A DNA stretch of 64,000 nucleotides from Cyanobacteriota bacterium. GTDB lineage: Bacteria; Cyanobacteriota; Cyanobacteriia; Thermostichales; Thermostichaceae. The stretch covers positions 1-64,000 of the forward strand of contig JANRIL010000023.1 of the NCBI GenBank assembly GCA_033764955.1, written 5' to 3'. The position numbers and the translations under genes were made by a program. Position 1 is the stretch's first letter, and each line of letters starts with the position of its first letter. The notes beneath the pieces were generated by a model that was not told where the DNA came from, ran no database searches, and was given only the letters and a program-made list of their open reading frames with translations. Shown in pieces: positions 18,483 to 28,824 of the stretch.

Positions 18483-19403
18483 TTAGCCGCTAGGGCGGTC
18501 GATGGTGGCTTGCTTGCCGATAGCCACACTCACCAGCACCACGACTCCTGTTATCACTGCCAGAGGGGTTAATGGTTCTCCCAAAAATAGAGCGGCTATC
18601 CCCAGAGTCAAAAAGGGTTGCAACAGTTGAATTTGTCCGACTCTAGCAACTCCTCCCAGGGCTAAGCCATGATACCAGGCAAAAAAGCCTAAAAATTGGC
18701 TGACCAGACTGACATAAGCAAAGGCCAGCCAGGCTTGCCAGGAAGCTGCTAGGCTGAGGGATGCCATCAACCAGAGCAAAGGGATCCCTAGGATGGGGCC
18801 GGATAGCACCAAAGCCCAACTGATCACCTGCCAACTGCCCAGGTGAGGCGAGAGCTTAGCCCCTTCTGCATAGCCAAGGGCGGCTGCCGCCACCGCCGCC
18901 AACAACAGCAGATCTCCCCACTGCCAATGCCCCGCCCCTGATAACCAGGCAAAAGTGAGAACGGCTCCACTTCCCACTAATCCGGCTAACCAAAATAGCC
19001 AAGAGGGGCGTTCGCGGTTACGCCAGACCCCAGCCAATGCCGTGGCTAAAGGCAAAATCCCCAAAATAATTCCCCCATGGGAGGCGGGAAGCTGTCGCAT
19101 CGCCCAAGCCGACAACAACGGAAAACCCAGCACCACCCCAGCGGCCACGATTCCTAAGGATCCCCAATCTTGCCGAGTCGGTAGAGGTTGCCGCTTGATC
19201 CCTAGGCTGATCGCCGCCAGCAGAGCCGCTACCACCCCTCGCCCCAGCCCGACGAAACTGGCATCCAACTCTGCCACTGCAAGTCGGGTAGCTGGTAACG
19301 TGAGGCTGAAACTGAAAACACCGATCAGCCCATAGAATAACCCTAGGTTTTCCGGCTGGATCAACCAAGATTTTAGGGTGCTGGGAGTTCCTAGGGGAGT
19401 CAT
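18483..19403 (-). CDS. EamA/DMT-family transporter
   Basis: About 10 hydrophobic segments; FSLTLPATRLAV, GFFAWYHGLALGGVARVGQIQLLQPF. Confidence 0.9.
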   Translation of the reverse strand: MTPLGTPSTLKSWLIQPENLGLFYGLIGVFSFSLTLPATRLAVAELDASFVGLGRGVVAALLAAISLGIKRQPLPTRQDWGSLGIVAAGVVLGFPLLSAWAMRQLPASHGGIILGILPLATALAGVWRNRERPSWLFWLAGLVGSGAVLTFAWLSGAGHWQWGDLLLLAAVAAAALGYAEGAKLSPHLGSWQVISWALVLSGPILGIPLLWLMASLSLAASWQAWLAFAYVSLVSQFLGFFAWYHGLALGGVARVGQIQLLQPFLTLGIAALFLGEPLTPLAVITGVVVLVSVAIGKQATIDRPSG

Positions 19404-19525
19404 GGATCTGGGGATCCCTTAATACGTTTGCAGAATTTGCTATTTATCATTGATTGACTAACTCTGCCCTGATGTCCTACTGCTTTGCGTGAGAGAATCA
19501 ATGCGGTGGCGCTAGGCAAATCCCT

Positions 19526-19999
19526 ATGAGAATTGGGCAGGGGTATGACATTCATCGGTTAGTAGAGGGGCGACCCCTGATTTTGGGAGGGATCCCGATT
19601 CCCTACCACTTGGGTTTATTGGGGCATAGTGACGCCGATGTGTTGACCCATGCAATTATGGATGCTCTCCTGGGGGCGGCGGCGCTGGGGGATATTGGGC
19701 ATTACTTTCCTCCCGATGACGAACAATGGCGAGGAGCCGATAGCATTCATTTATTGGAAAAAGTGATGGACTTACTGCGGAGCAGGCATTGGCAGATCGG
19801 CAATATCGACTCAGTGGTGGTGGCCGAACAGCCCAAATTAAAGCCCCACATTCCCGCTTTGCAAGCCAGACTGGCCTCAGCGATGGGAATTGAGCCGGAA
19901 CAGGTGGGAGTTAAGGCTACCACTAATGAAAAACTTGGTCCGATTGGGCAAGGGGAGGCGATAGCTGCTTATGCCGTGGCTCTCCTCCTGCCTGCCTGA
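19526..19999 (+). CDS. ispF: 2-C-methyl-D-erythritol 2,4-cyclodiphosphate synthase
   Basis: [34 protein letters not shown]. Confidence 0.98.
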   Translation: MRIGQGYDIHRLVEGRPLILGGIPIPYHLGLLGHSDADVLTHAIMDALLGAAALGDIGHYFPPDDEQWRGADSIHLLEKVMDLLRSRHWQIGNIDSVVVAEQPKLKPHIPALQARLASAMGIEPEQVGVKATTNEKLGPIGQGEAIAAYAVALLLPA

Positions 20000-20162
20000 T
20001 GCCGCTGCCCATCGCTACCATTCCCAGGAGCTGAACTGAGCGGGATTCTTCTGGTTTGGAGGGGATGGTCTTTTTCCAGTACGTGGTATCCTGCAAAGCA
20101 TTACCCATCTTAAGCATCTTCCGGTCGAGATGCCGCTTGCTCTTGACTGGTGTGAGACCGTT

Positions 20163-20465
20163 ATGCATCTGACTCCTCAAGAAAAAGACAAACTGCTCAT
20201 TTATCTGGCGGCTCAGTTAGCCAAAGATCGGCGAGAGCGGGGTCTCAAGCTCAATTATCCTGAGGCCGTTGCCTATCTGAGTGCGGCGGTGATGGAAGGA
20301 GCACGAGAGGGCAAAACGGTGGCTCAACTGATGAGTGAAGGCTTGACCTGGCTAACGCCGGCGGATGTAATGGTCGGGATCCCCGATATGATCCCTGAAA
20401 TCCAAATTGAGGCCACGTTTCCGGATGGAACCAAGCTGGTCACCTTACACCATCCCATTCGCTAG
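20163..20465 (+). CDS. ureA: Urease subunit gamma
   Basis: [38 protein letters not shown]. Confidence 0.97.
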   Translation: MHLTPQEKDKLLIYLAAQLAKDRRERGLKLNYPEAVAYLSAAVMEGAREGKTVAQLMSEGLTWLTPADVMVGIPDMIPEIQIEATFPDGTKLVTLHHPIR

Positions 20466-20475
20466 TGGCCTTCCC

Positions 20476-21918
20476 CTAAGCATGAGCAATCATCACGTGC
20501 TTGGTAATTTGGTAGTCTCCCACTGCTTCTACCGAGAGATCTTTGCCAAAGCCTGATTGCTTAAAGCCGCCGTGGGGAGTTTCTGAGGTGAGGGGAATAT
20601 GATCGTTAATCCAGACGGTGCCAAACTCCAATTGGCTGGATAATTGCATGGCTCGCCCAATATCTTTTGTCCATACCGAGGCGGCTAGTCCATACAAAAC
20701 ATCATTGCCTAGGCGGAGAGCCTCCGTTTCATCGTGAAAACTGCTGATGGTCAAGACAGGGCCAAACACTTCACTTTGAATAATTTCTGAGGACTGATCG
20801 GCTTGGCTGATAACGGTGGGGGTAACGTAATAGCCTCTAGCCGGCAGATCCGCCGGGATCCCTCCTCCAGTCAACACTTTGCCTCCACTCGCCACCGCCC
20901 GCTCGATATAGCCCATGACCCGTTGCCGTTGTAGTCCTGAAATGAGAGGACCCATCTCGATGCCTGGGGTAAAGGGGGATCCCACCTTCACCTGCCGCAT
21001 CGCCTCCACAATCGCCTCTTGTAAGGGAGCCATTTGTTTTTCTTGCACATAGACGCGGGTGGCGGCGGTGCAGTCTTGTCCGGTGTTGACGGTGGCGGCG
21101 AAGGTTGCCTTGGCGGCTACGGTTTCGATATCCGCATCATCAAAAACCAGCAGGGGAGCTTTCCCACCTAGCTCTAGGTGTACCCGCTTCAGGCTTGCTG
21201 CCGCTGTCTCCATGATCTTTTTGCCTGTGGCGGTAGATCCGGTCAAACTGACCATCCGGATATCAGGATGTTCGACAATGGCTTGACCGGTAGCGTTGCC
21301 GCCGGTCACCACATTCACCACCCCCGCTGGGATGCCGGCTTCCGCCGTCAATTCTGCCAGCATCAAGGTTGTCAGCGGAGTCGTAGGAGCTGGCTTCAGG
21401 ACGACCGTACATCCAGCCGCTAAAGCAGGGCCAATTTTCCAGACGGCCATCAACAAGGGATAATTCCAGGGGGCAATTTGGCCGACCACCCCCACGGGTT
21501 CTTTCCGAAAGATCGAGGTATAGCCTTTGGCATATTCTCCGGCACTGGAGCCGTGGGTATCGCGGGCGGCGGCTGCAAAAAAGCGCAGGTTATCCACCGC
21601 AAAGGGCAAATCTCCCCCTAAGCTGACCAATTCATAGGGTTTGCCCGTATTTTCCGATTCCACCCGCGCAAAATCGGCAGCCCGTGCCTGCAAAAGATCC
21701 GCCAGTTTCCAGAGGGCAAGGGAACGCTCGGCAGGGGTCAACCTTGACCACCGACCATCATAAAAGGCGCGCTGAGCCGCCCCCACAGCCCGATCGACAT
21801 CGGTGGCATTGGCATCAGCCACATCAGTGAGGGGTTCTCCGGTGGCCGGATTTTCGATCGCCATTCGTCCCCCCGCCGCGACCACCCATTGACCATCGAT
21901 CCACAGTTGGTGACTCAT
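20476..21918 (-). CDS. NAD-dependent aldehyde dehydrogenase, gamma-aminobutyraldehyde dehydrogenase-like
   Basis: IAPWNYPL, LTGSTATG, LELGGKAP, catalytic GQDCTA, EVFGPV, PHGGFKQSGFGKDLS; ATG taken at 21918. Confidence 0.88.
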   Translation of the reverse strand: MSHQLWIDGQWVVAAGGRMAIENPATGEPLTDVADANATDVDRAVGAAQRAFYDGRWSRLTPAERSLALWKLADLLQARAADFARVESENTGKPYELVSLGGDLPFAVDNLRFFAAAARDTHGSSAGEYAKGYTSIFRKEPVGVVGQIAPWNYPLLMAVWKIGPALAAGCTVVLKPAPTTPLTTLMLAELTAEAGIPAGVVNVVTGGNATGQAIVEHPDIRMVSLTGSTATGKKIMETAAASLKRVHLELGGKAPLLVFDDADIETVAAKATFAATVNTGQDCTAATRVYVQEKQMAPLQEAIVEAMRQVKVGSPFTPGIEMGPLISGLQRQRVMGYIERAVASGGKVLTGGGIPADLPARGYYVTPTVISQADQSSEIIQSEVFGPVLTISSFHDETEALRLGNDVLYGLAASVWTKDIGRAMQLSSQLEFGTVWINDHIPLTSETPHGGFKQSGFGKDLSVEAVGDYQITKHVMIAHA

Positions 21919-22119
21919 AACTTCCCCAATCCTTTCGCCCCGCGAATGCCAGAGACCGCGACGGTCATTCCAGTTTACAGGCTTGTTCCAGATTGCTTGG
22001 CAACTACCCCGAAAATTCTGGATTCTTACAGCTAGCAAGGGGATCCGACCCCAAATCTCCACAATCTCCATCGGAGAGCCGGACTATGATAGGGGCAACA
22101 TGGGTTGAGGCATTAGCTT

Positions 22120-22563
22120 GTGGAATTATCCTGTAAGAGTGAATATGCGCTATTGGCGCTGCTGGAGCTGGCTCAGCACTATGCGGAGGGGCAGGTACTC
22201 CAGATTAAAGAGATCTCCGCCCATCAGTCCATTCCCGATCGGTATTTGGAGCAACTGCTCGCCACGCTACGGCGGAGTGGGTTAGTGCGTAGCCAACGGG
22301 GAGCACGCGGGGGTTATGTCTTGGCTCGCGCCCCTTGGACTATTACCCTCTACGACGTGATTCAAGCCATTGAAGGGGAGGATCTCACCCAACAGGGGCG
22401 ACCTGCTGAGGGGATCCCTCTTACCCCAGAGCGGGAAACCCTCCACAGCAGTTGGCAGGAGGTGCAGGCGGCGGCGATAGCAGTATTAAAGAAGCTAACG
22501 TTACAGGAACTGTGTGACCAACAGGCACAACGACAACAAGGAACAATCATGTATTACATCTAA
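22120..22563 (+). CDS. Rrf2-family transcriptional regulator (CymR-like, no Fe-S cysteine triad)
   Basis: EYALLALLEL, YLEQLL, VRSQRGARGGYVLA, C-terminal MYYI. Confidence 0.92.
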   Translation: MELSCKSEYALLALLELAQHYAEGQVLQIKEISAHQSIPDRYLEQLLATLRRSGLVRSQRGARGGYVLARAPWTITLYDVIQAIEGEDLTQQGRPAEGIPLTPERETLHSSWQEVQAAAIAVLKKLTLQELCDQQAQRQQGTIMYYI

Positions 22564-22656
22564 ATACTTGCATAGGCCGGAGAAAGAAACCCATCACTCG
22601 ACCTGAGCCAGATCAGGCCATAATACTGCCCACCCTCTCACGATGTCTGCGATTGA

Positions 22657-24108
22657 CTATGCCTGGGATCCATTGCTGCGGCTGAGGGTGGATAGCTCAA
22701 CATCAGGATGCTCTGGGTTCGTCAGGTGGGATGGGCGGGTAATTTTGATGCGATCCAAACGGGGACCTTCGATCTTGACCACTTGAAACTCCCAGCCCAA
22801 ATAGGTCAACTTCTCACCCACGCGGGGAATCTTTTGCATCTGATAGATCAAAAATCCTCCCAGGGTTTGATAGTCATCATGCACAGGCAGATCAAAATCC
22901 AGACGCTCACTCACCTCTTCAATATCAAGCTGAGCCTGCACTATTAAGGTGTTTTCATCGATCACCTGGATATCCGGTTCGTGATCGCCTGTTGCAGGTT
23001 CATCCGAGAGTTTCCCGACAATTTCCTCCACGAGATCTTGAATCGTAATCAGTCCAGCCGTACCGCCAAATTCATCCACAACGACTACCATCGTGCGGTG
23101 ATGTTGCTGCATTTCCGGCAACAGTTCGGCAATCAGCTTGTTTTCATGTTCAAAATGAGCCGGACGAATATAGCTGCGAATCGAGCTATCTAAGGTTAGG
23201 GAATTTTTGGCAAGACCAGCAATTAAATCTTTGACATTGACTAAGCCACGAATATCGTCGAGGGATTCTCCATAGGCGGGATAGCGAGAATGACCGGATT
23301 CGGCCACTTCCGCCAAAACATCCTGAACCGTGGCCGCTTCGGACACCGCATCGATGCTGGTGCGGGGAATCATCACCTCACTAGCCACAGTTTCGCCAAA
23401 CTCAAAAATATTAGCCAATAGCTCCCGTTCTTCTTCTTCAATGCCAGTTTCGGGTGAAGAGGCAATCAAAAGCTGCAATTCTTCCGCTGTCATGGTGCTA
23501 TAGAGGCGGGCGGAATCGGGCAACGGCACCCGCAACAGGTGCAAAATCAAACGGGAAGAAAAGCGAGGCACTTCGACGAAGACAGCCAGCAGGCGGCTAA
23601 CCAGATGATTCAAACGAGCCAACCGCAGGGCGATCGGTTCTCCATAGACAATCGCCACCGTTTTGGGCAGCAACTCCCCCCAGACAATTTGTAGGTAGGT
23701 CAACAAAATAAAGCTGATCAGCAGCGCTGCCCACTGAATGCCCCCCTCACTCCAGGAGGAGGCTGATGGAAGGTGATGAAGAAGGGCGGCCACAATTTGG
23801 GCGACACGGGTAGCCCCAATCCATCCCAGCAAGACACTGGCAACTGTGATTCCTAACTGAGTGGTTGAGAGGGATTTCTCCAGATTCTCTTGAGCCTTTT
23901 GCACCAAAACCGCTTGCCGGGATCCCTCGCTGGCTAATTGCAGCAGGCGGGAACGGCGGGTGGAGACCAACGAAAACTCTACGGCTACAAAAAAGGCATT
24001 TACCCCCAGCAATCCCAAAACCCAGAAAAAACTGGCCCAGATATCTCCCCATGTGATGTCGGTGGAGACAAGGGGGCTGGCGGAGAGGGATAAGGATGGG
24101 TCGCCCAT
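22657..24108 (-). CDS. Hemolysin-family / CNNM-CBS-CorC Mg2+/Co2+ transporter-like protein
   Basis: NAFFVAVEFS, QLGIT, GELLPK, VMIPRT, HSRYP, VVDEFGGTAGL, YQTLGG. Confidence 0.92.
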   Translation of the reverse strand: MGDPSLSLSASPLVSTDITWGDIWASFFWVLGLLGVNAFFVAVEFSLVSTRRSRLLQLASEGSRQAVLVQKAQENLEKSLSTTQLGITVASVLLGWIGATRVAQIVAALLHHLPSASSWSEGGIQWAALLISFILLTYLQIVWGELLPKTVAIVYGEPIALRLARLNHLVSRLLAVFVEVPRFSSRLILHLLRVPLPDSARLYSTMTAEELQLLIASSPETGIEEEERELLANIFEFGETVASEVMIPRTSIDAVSEAATVQDVLAEVAESGHSRYPAYGESLDDIRGLVNVKDLIAGLAKNSLTLDSSIRSYIRPAHFEHENKLIAELLPEMQQHHRTMVVVVDEFGGTAGLITIQDLVEEIVGKLSDEPATGDHEPDIQVIDENTLIVQAQLDIEEVSERLDFDLPVHDDYQTLGGFLIYQMQKIPRVGEKLTYLGWEFQVVKIEGPRLDRIKITRPSHLTNPEHPDVELSTLSRSNGSQA

Positions 24109-24403
24109 TGGAGCGTGTGACTACGGCAGGACGGATAGATTGCATTCTAGCTTAGGCTATCTCCATCGGTTTGCCTATCGAGTAGAATTGCCTCTCACTG
24201 GGGATACGGGATCCCTCAACCAGCCGCAACCCCTAGGAACTATCAAATTTTTTAGGCAGGATATAAGCGTGGAATTTCCCCCCAATTCCCTCACCAGACC
24301 TCAACGGAAATAGAGCCGAGAAAATGCCAGAGTGGACTCAGCTTGGGATAGCCTATGGAGGAGAACGGCACAGTTACGGCACCAGATGGAGGGATCCCTA
24401 GAC

Positions 24404-24844
24404 ATGGCAGATAACCGCACAGGCGCATTTATCGGAGGGCTGCTCCTTGGCACCGCTATCGGCACGGCTGTGGGTCTTTTGCTTGCCCCCCGCAGTGGCC
24501 GGGAGACCCGCCGCTTCTTACGCAAATCCGCCGAAGCTTTGCCGGAGGTAGCCGAAGATGTCACCAGTAATTTACAAATTCAAACCGAAAAGTTACTGGA
24601 TTCTGCCCAAAAAAGCCTAGATGAAACCTTAGTTCGTCTGCAAGAAGCTATTGCCACGGGCAAGGAGGCGATGCTGCAAAAGCGGCGGGAACTGGATCAG
24701 CAGTCTCTGCGCGCCACTCTTCGGGATACCGCGGAGCCACTAGCGGAGGATGAAGCAGGAGATAGCAAACTATCGCCCATGAACAGCCTACAGGAAGCGA
24801 CTCCCTACCGCCCTGCCTTCTCGTCGTCTCATGAGGAAAACTAA
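24404..24844 (+). CDS. YtxH-domain protein
   Basis: AFIGGLLLGTAIGTAVGLLLAPRSGRETR. Confidence 0.88.
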   Translation: MADNRTGAFIGGLLLGTAIGTAVGLLLAPRSGRETRRFLRKSAEALPEVAEDVTSNLQIQTEKLLDSAQKSLDETLVRLQEAIATGKEAMLQKRRELDQQSLRATLRDTAEPLAEDEAGDSKLSPMNSLQEATPYRPAFSSSHEEN

Positions 24845-24849
24845 GCATT

Positions 24850-25344
24850 ATGGATGATCCAATTTTTTGGCTGGGGCTGTCGGTGGGGTTAGTGGCTGCC
24901 GGACTGTTTGCGGTGGTGGTGACACTAGTTCCTGCCGTTATTCAGTTGGGGCGAGCGGCGCAAAGTGTAGAGCGTTTTTTTGACACCCTCTTGCGGGAAC
25001 TGCCCCCCACCCTAGAAGCCCTCCGCCTCACCACCCTAGAGGTGAGCGAGATTGCCGACAGTGTGGATGAAGGGGTGAAAGGAGCCGGACAGGTGGTCAA
25101 GCAGGTCGGACAATCTCTAGAAGGGGCACGCAGCCAAGCCCGTGGTGCTCAAGTCAATGCCCGTAGTGCTTGGGCTGGTCTACAGGCCGCTTGGAAAACT
25201 TTCCGAGAAGATCCACCAGCAATGGCTGCCAACCGATTGCCCACTGCTCCCCCCGCCCGTCCCCTTTCTCGTCAATCCGTTGCCTCTAACCCCCCCCTGC
25301 CGCCGCAGTCCACCCCTTCTAACCTGCCCAGATCCGAACCCTAG
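24850..25344 (+). CDS. DUF948-like membrane-anchored protein
   Basis: MDDPIFWLGLS...RELPPTLEALRLT, a typical cyanobacterial partner of YtxH. Confidence 0.8.
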   Translation: MDDPIFWLGLSVGLVAAGLFAVVVTLVPAVIQLGRAAQSVERFFDTLLRELPPTLEALRLTTLEVSEIADSVDEGVKGAGQVVKQVGQSLEGARSQARGAQVNARSAWAGLQAAWKTFREDPPAMAANRLPTAPPARPLSRQSVASNPPLPPQSTPSNLPRSEP

Positions 25345-25635
25345 GCAAAAAGAATTCCTCATCTTTTGGGATCAGATGGTCAGGCTGTCTGGTAGTGTAA
25401 AGTTGTCCTTACTATGAAACAACTCTTAAAAAACCACAAAAAATCCATACAACAGCCGCCTCCCCAGCCGCAAAATGTTGTGATTTTTGGTGATCTGGGT
25501 CAAGATCCCGCGATTAAGAGATGGCAAAGTTAGGATAGAGCCTTCCCAAAATGGCTTTAAGGCTGGTACTAGGCATCCCCTATTTTCCCAGCCCATCGAC
25601 AGGACGACACCGGATGAGGATCATCAGAAGTCACT

Positions 25636-26574
25636 ATGTCTCTATTTGATTGGTTTGCGGATCGGCGGAAGGAATCTAGCCCTGCTCTAACTGGCAACGG
25701 CCCTCTGGCTAAAGATCGCCAGCTCCGCGAGATTGCCGATGGACTGTGGCAAAAATGTCCAGCCTGTGCATCCCTGACTTATACCAAAGACTTGACGGAC
25801 AATTTTAATGTTTGTCCCCACTGTCACCATCACCATCGGCTTTCGGCTCCTGAACGAATTCGCCAGCTAATTGACTCAGGCACTTGGCAGCCCCTCGATG
25901 AGCGACTCAGTGCTGGGGATCCCCTCAAATTTGTCGATCAAAAGCCCTATCCTGAGCGGATCAAAGCCTACCAAGATAAAACCCAAATCAAAGATGCCAT
26001 CCTCACTGGACTGGGGCAACTGCAAGGGATCCCTCTCGCTCTGGGGGTGATGGACTTTCGCTTTATGGGCGGCAGCATGGGATCCGTAGTGGGAGAAAAA
26101 GTAACCCGCCTAACGGAACGAGCCACCCGCGACCATCTGCCGTTAGTGATTCTCTCTGCCTCAGGAGGAGCCAGAATGCAGGAAGGGATCCTCAGCCTGA
26201 TGCAGATGGCCAAAACCGCCGCTGCCCTACAGCAGCATCGGGCGGCGGGGGAACTGTTTATCTCCGTTTTGACGGATCCCACTACGGGCGGCGTCACCGC
26301 TAGCTTTGCCATGCTGGGAGACTTGATTTTGGCGGAACCAAAAGCGCAAATTGGTTTTGCTGGACGGCGGGTAATCGAACAAACCATCGGACAAAGCAAG
26401 CTGCCAGAAGGATTCCAGACCTCCGAATATCTGTTGGCTCATGGCTTGATCGATGCCATTGTCCCCCGTACCGAGTTACGCAAACGTCTGGCTCAACTTC
26501 TCGAATATCATCGCCCCCACATGCATGTGCCTACTCCTCACCCGGAAGCTAGCCTTCCGTTATCCTTGATTTGA
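25636..26574 (+). CDS. accD: Acetyl-CoA carboxylase carboxyltransferase beta subunit
   Basis: MSLFDWF, Cys4 zinc finger, [32 protein letters not shown]. Confidence 0.98.
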   Translation: MSLFDWFADRRKESSPALTGNGPLAKDRQLREIADGLWQKCPACASLTYTKDLTDNFNVCPHCHHHHRLSAPERIRQLIDSGTWQPLDERLSAGDPLKFVDQKPYPERIKAYQDKTQIKDAILTGLGQLQGIPLALGVMDFRFMGGSMGSVVGEKVTRLTERATRDHLPLVILSASGGARMQEGILSLMQMAKTAAALQQHRAAGELFISVLTDPTTGGVTASFAMLGDLILAEPKAQIGFAGRRVIEQTIGQSKLPEGFQTSEYLLAHGLIDAIVPRTELRKRLAQLLEYHRPHMHVPTPHPEASLPLSLI

Positions 26575-26632
26575 GATAGATTTTCCCCTCACATGCGCTA
26601 GCCTATGATATGCTCCCCCCGCTACTAAACCC

Positions 26633-27340
26633 ATGCTAATCCTTGAGGATGTCCATACCTATTACGGCAATATTCATGCCCTAAAAGGCATTTCTCTACA
26701 GGTCAATCAAGGAGAGGTGGTGACTCTGATCGGGTCAAATGGAGCTGGCAAAACCACCACCCTCCGCACCATTCAAGGACTGCTCAGACCCCGCCGTGGT
26801 CAGGTCTTGCTAGAAGGCAAGCCGATCCAATCCTTAAGTTCGGATCAAATTGTCAATTTGGGAATTTCCCAAAGCCCAGAAGGCCGTCTTGTCTTTACCC
26901 GCATGACGGTGTTGGAAAATTTGGAAATGGGCGCATTTTCTCGCCGTGATCCGATTGGCATTCGAGAAGATATGGAGCGAGTTTTTGCTCTGTTTCCCCG
27001 CTTGAAAGAACGGATTCACCAAAAAAGCGGCACCATGTCCGGTGGAGAACAACAGATGTTAGCTATTGGGCGAGCGTTGATGGCACGTCCTCGTCTGTTG
27101 ATGTTAGACGAACCAAGCATGGGTTTAGCTCCCCTGCTAGTCGCTCAAATCTTTTCGATTATTCGAGATATTCACGCCCAAGGTACCACCATCTTATTAG
27201 TTGAACAAAATGCCCGTTTAGCCCTTTCGGTAGCTAATCGTGGTTATGTTTTACAGACTGGCGAAATTGTCTTGAGTGATGACGCTCAAAAGCTACAAAC
27301 GAACGAGACGGTGCGGAAAGCGTATTTGGGGGAATCTTAA
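26633..27340 (+). CDS. livF: Branched-chain/neutral amino acid ABC transporter ATPase (LivF/NatE type)
   Basis: GSNGAGKTT, SPEGRLVF, MSGGEQQMLAIGRAL, LDEPSMGL, LVEQNA. Confidence 0.88.
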   Translation: MLILEDVHTYYGNIHALKGISLQVNQGEVVTLIGSNGAGKTTTLRTIQGLLRPRRGQVLLEGKPIQSLSSDQIVNLGISQSPEGRLVFTRMTVLENLEMGAFSRRDPIGIREDMERVFALFPRLKERIHQKSGTMSGGEQQMLAIGRALMARPRLLMLDEPSMGLAPLLVAQIFSIIRDIHAQGTTILLVEQNARLALSVANRGYVLQTGEIVLSDDAQKLQTNETVRKAYLGES

Positions 27341-27553
27341 AGATATTTTTCCTGACTGATCTTCTCTGTTTAGTGGAATTGACCAGCTCAAATTTCTGAG
27401 TGACCCCCAGATGAAGACGGCAGTCAATCCCAGAAAAATCAGGAAGTGAGCCACTCTGATTGAGGCAAAGTGCTTAGAAATTTAGGAAAAGTCAAGGATT
27501 CCCTCTCAGAAATGGAATGCTACCATGTGCATGAAAGATTTCAGCACAACCCT

Positions 27554-28552
27554 GTGGTTCGCTCCGCGCCTCTTCTGCAAGGTCCTCTGTTGCCCCCTGT
27601 TGCTGACAGCAATCGTCTCAAAATTTTTTCGGGTTCGGCAAATCCACCCCTTGCTCAAGAAGTAGCTCGCTACTTAGGCATGGATTTAGGCCCGATGGTC
27701 AGAAAGCAATTTGCCGATGGAGAGCTTTACATCCAAATTCAAGAGTCGATTCGGGGAGCCGATGTCTATTTGGTTCAGCCTACCTGCCGTCCTGTCAATG
27801 ACCATTTGATGGAGTTGTTGGTGATGGTAGATGCCTGTCGGCGAGCCTCTGCCCGTCAGATTACAGCCGTTCTACCCTATTATGGCTATGCCAGAGCGGA
27901 TCGCAAAACCGCAGGCCGTGAATCCATCACCGCCAAATTAGTGGCTAACATGATCACCCATGCCGGAGCCCATCGGGTGCTAGCTATGGATCTGCACTCG
28001 GCTCAAATTCAGGGATATTTTGATATTCCCCTCGATCATGTCTATGCCCTACCTGTTTTATTGGGTTACGTGCGGGATCGGGGGCTGGCAAGCCAAGACA
28101 TTGTGGTGGTTTCCCCGGATGTGGGAGGGGTATCCAGAGCCAGAGCTTTCGCCAAAAAACTGGATGAGGCTCCGCTCGCCATTATTGATAAACGGCGGCA
28201 AGCCCATAACGATGTCGAGGTGATGAACTTGATCGGGGATGTGCGGGGTAAAACCGCCATTCTGGTAGACGACATGATTGATACGGCAGGAACGATTACT
28301 GAGGGAGCTAAGCTGCTGCGGAAGGAGGGGGCGCAAGCGGTTTATGCCTGTGCCGTTCATGCCGTTTTTTCAGAACCCGCTATCCAACGCTTAACAGGGG
28401 GGGTCTTTGAGGAGGTAGTGGTTACCAACACCATCCCCATTCCCAACGAGAAAGTATTTCCTGAATTGCGGGTGTTGTCAGTAGCAAACGTTCTGGGTGA
28501 GGCCATTTGGCGAATTCATGAGGATAGCTCCGTCAGCAGCATGTTTCATTGA
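27554..28552 (+). CDS. prs: Ribose-phosphate pyrophosphokinase
   Basis: FADGE, PYYGYARADRK, DLHSAQIQG, VSPDVGG, VDDMIDTAGT; start approximate (GTG 27554). Confidence 0.97.
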   Translation: MVRSAPLLQGPLLPPVADSNRLKIFSGSANPPLAQEVARYLGMDLGPMVRKQFADGELYIQIQESIRGADVYLVQPTCRPVNDHLMELLVMVDACRRASARQITAVLPYYGYARADRKTAGRESITAKLVANMITHAGAHRVLAMDLHSAQIQGYFDIPLDHVYALPVLLGYVRDRGLASQDIVVVSPDVGGVSRARAFAKKLDEAPLAIIDKRRQAHNDVEVMNLIGDVRGKTAILVDDMIDTAGTITEGAKLLRKEGAQAVYACAVHAVFSEPAIQRLTGGVFEEVVVTNTIPIPNEKVFPELRVLSVANVLGEAIWRIHEDSSVSSMFH

Positions 28553-28824
28553 TAACCAAGCATAGAATTAACCCTTCCTTCAAGCTTGAACTTGTAACCC
28601 ATTGTATCTAATTGAAGATATTCCGTGGTCTTGCTATACTTGTTGGAGAAGGGTGATGATAATCTGGCATTCACAAGGACAGCTTCTCTCCCCTTCCCTG
28701 GGCATGAAGGTTAAAGTTAAGAGTGATTCTACCAGCTTGAAGGCTCCCTAAGTTTCTTAAAGCTTTCCTGGATTGGTGTTTTTGGGGCTTGCCTAATATA
28801 TTGTTCAATATATTGTCGGGTTCA

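Noticed and set aside
20163..27340. Orphan ureA and orphan livF as anomalies
   Set aside because: Scattered urease and amino-acid ABC genes are common in cyanobacteria
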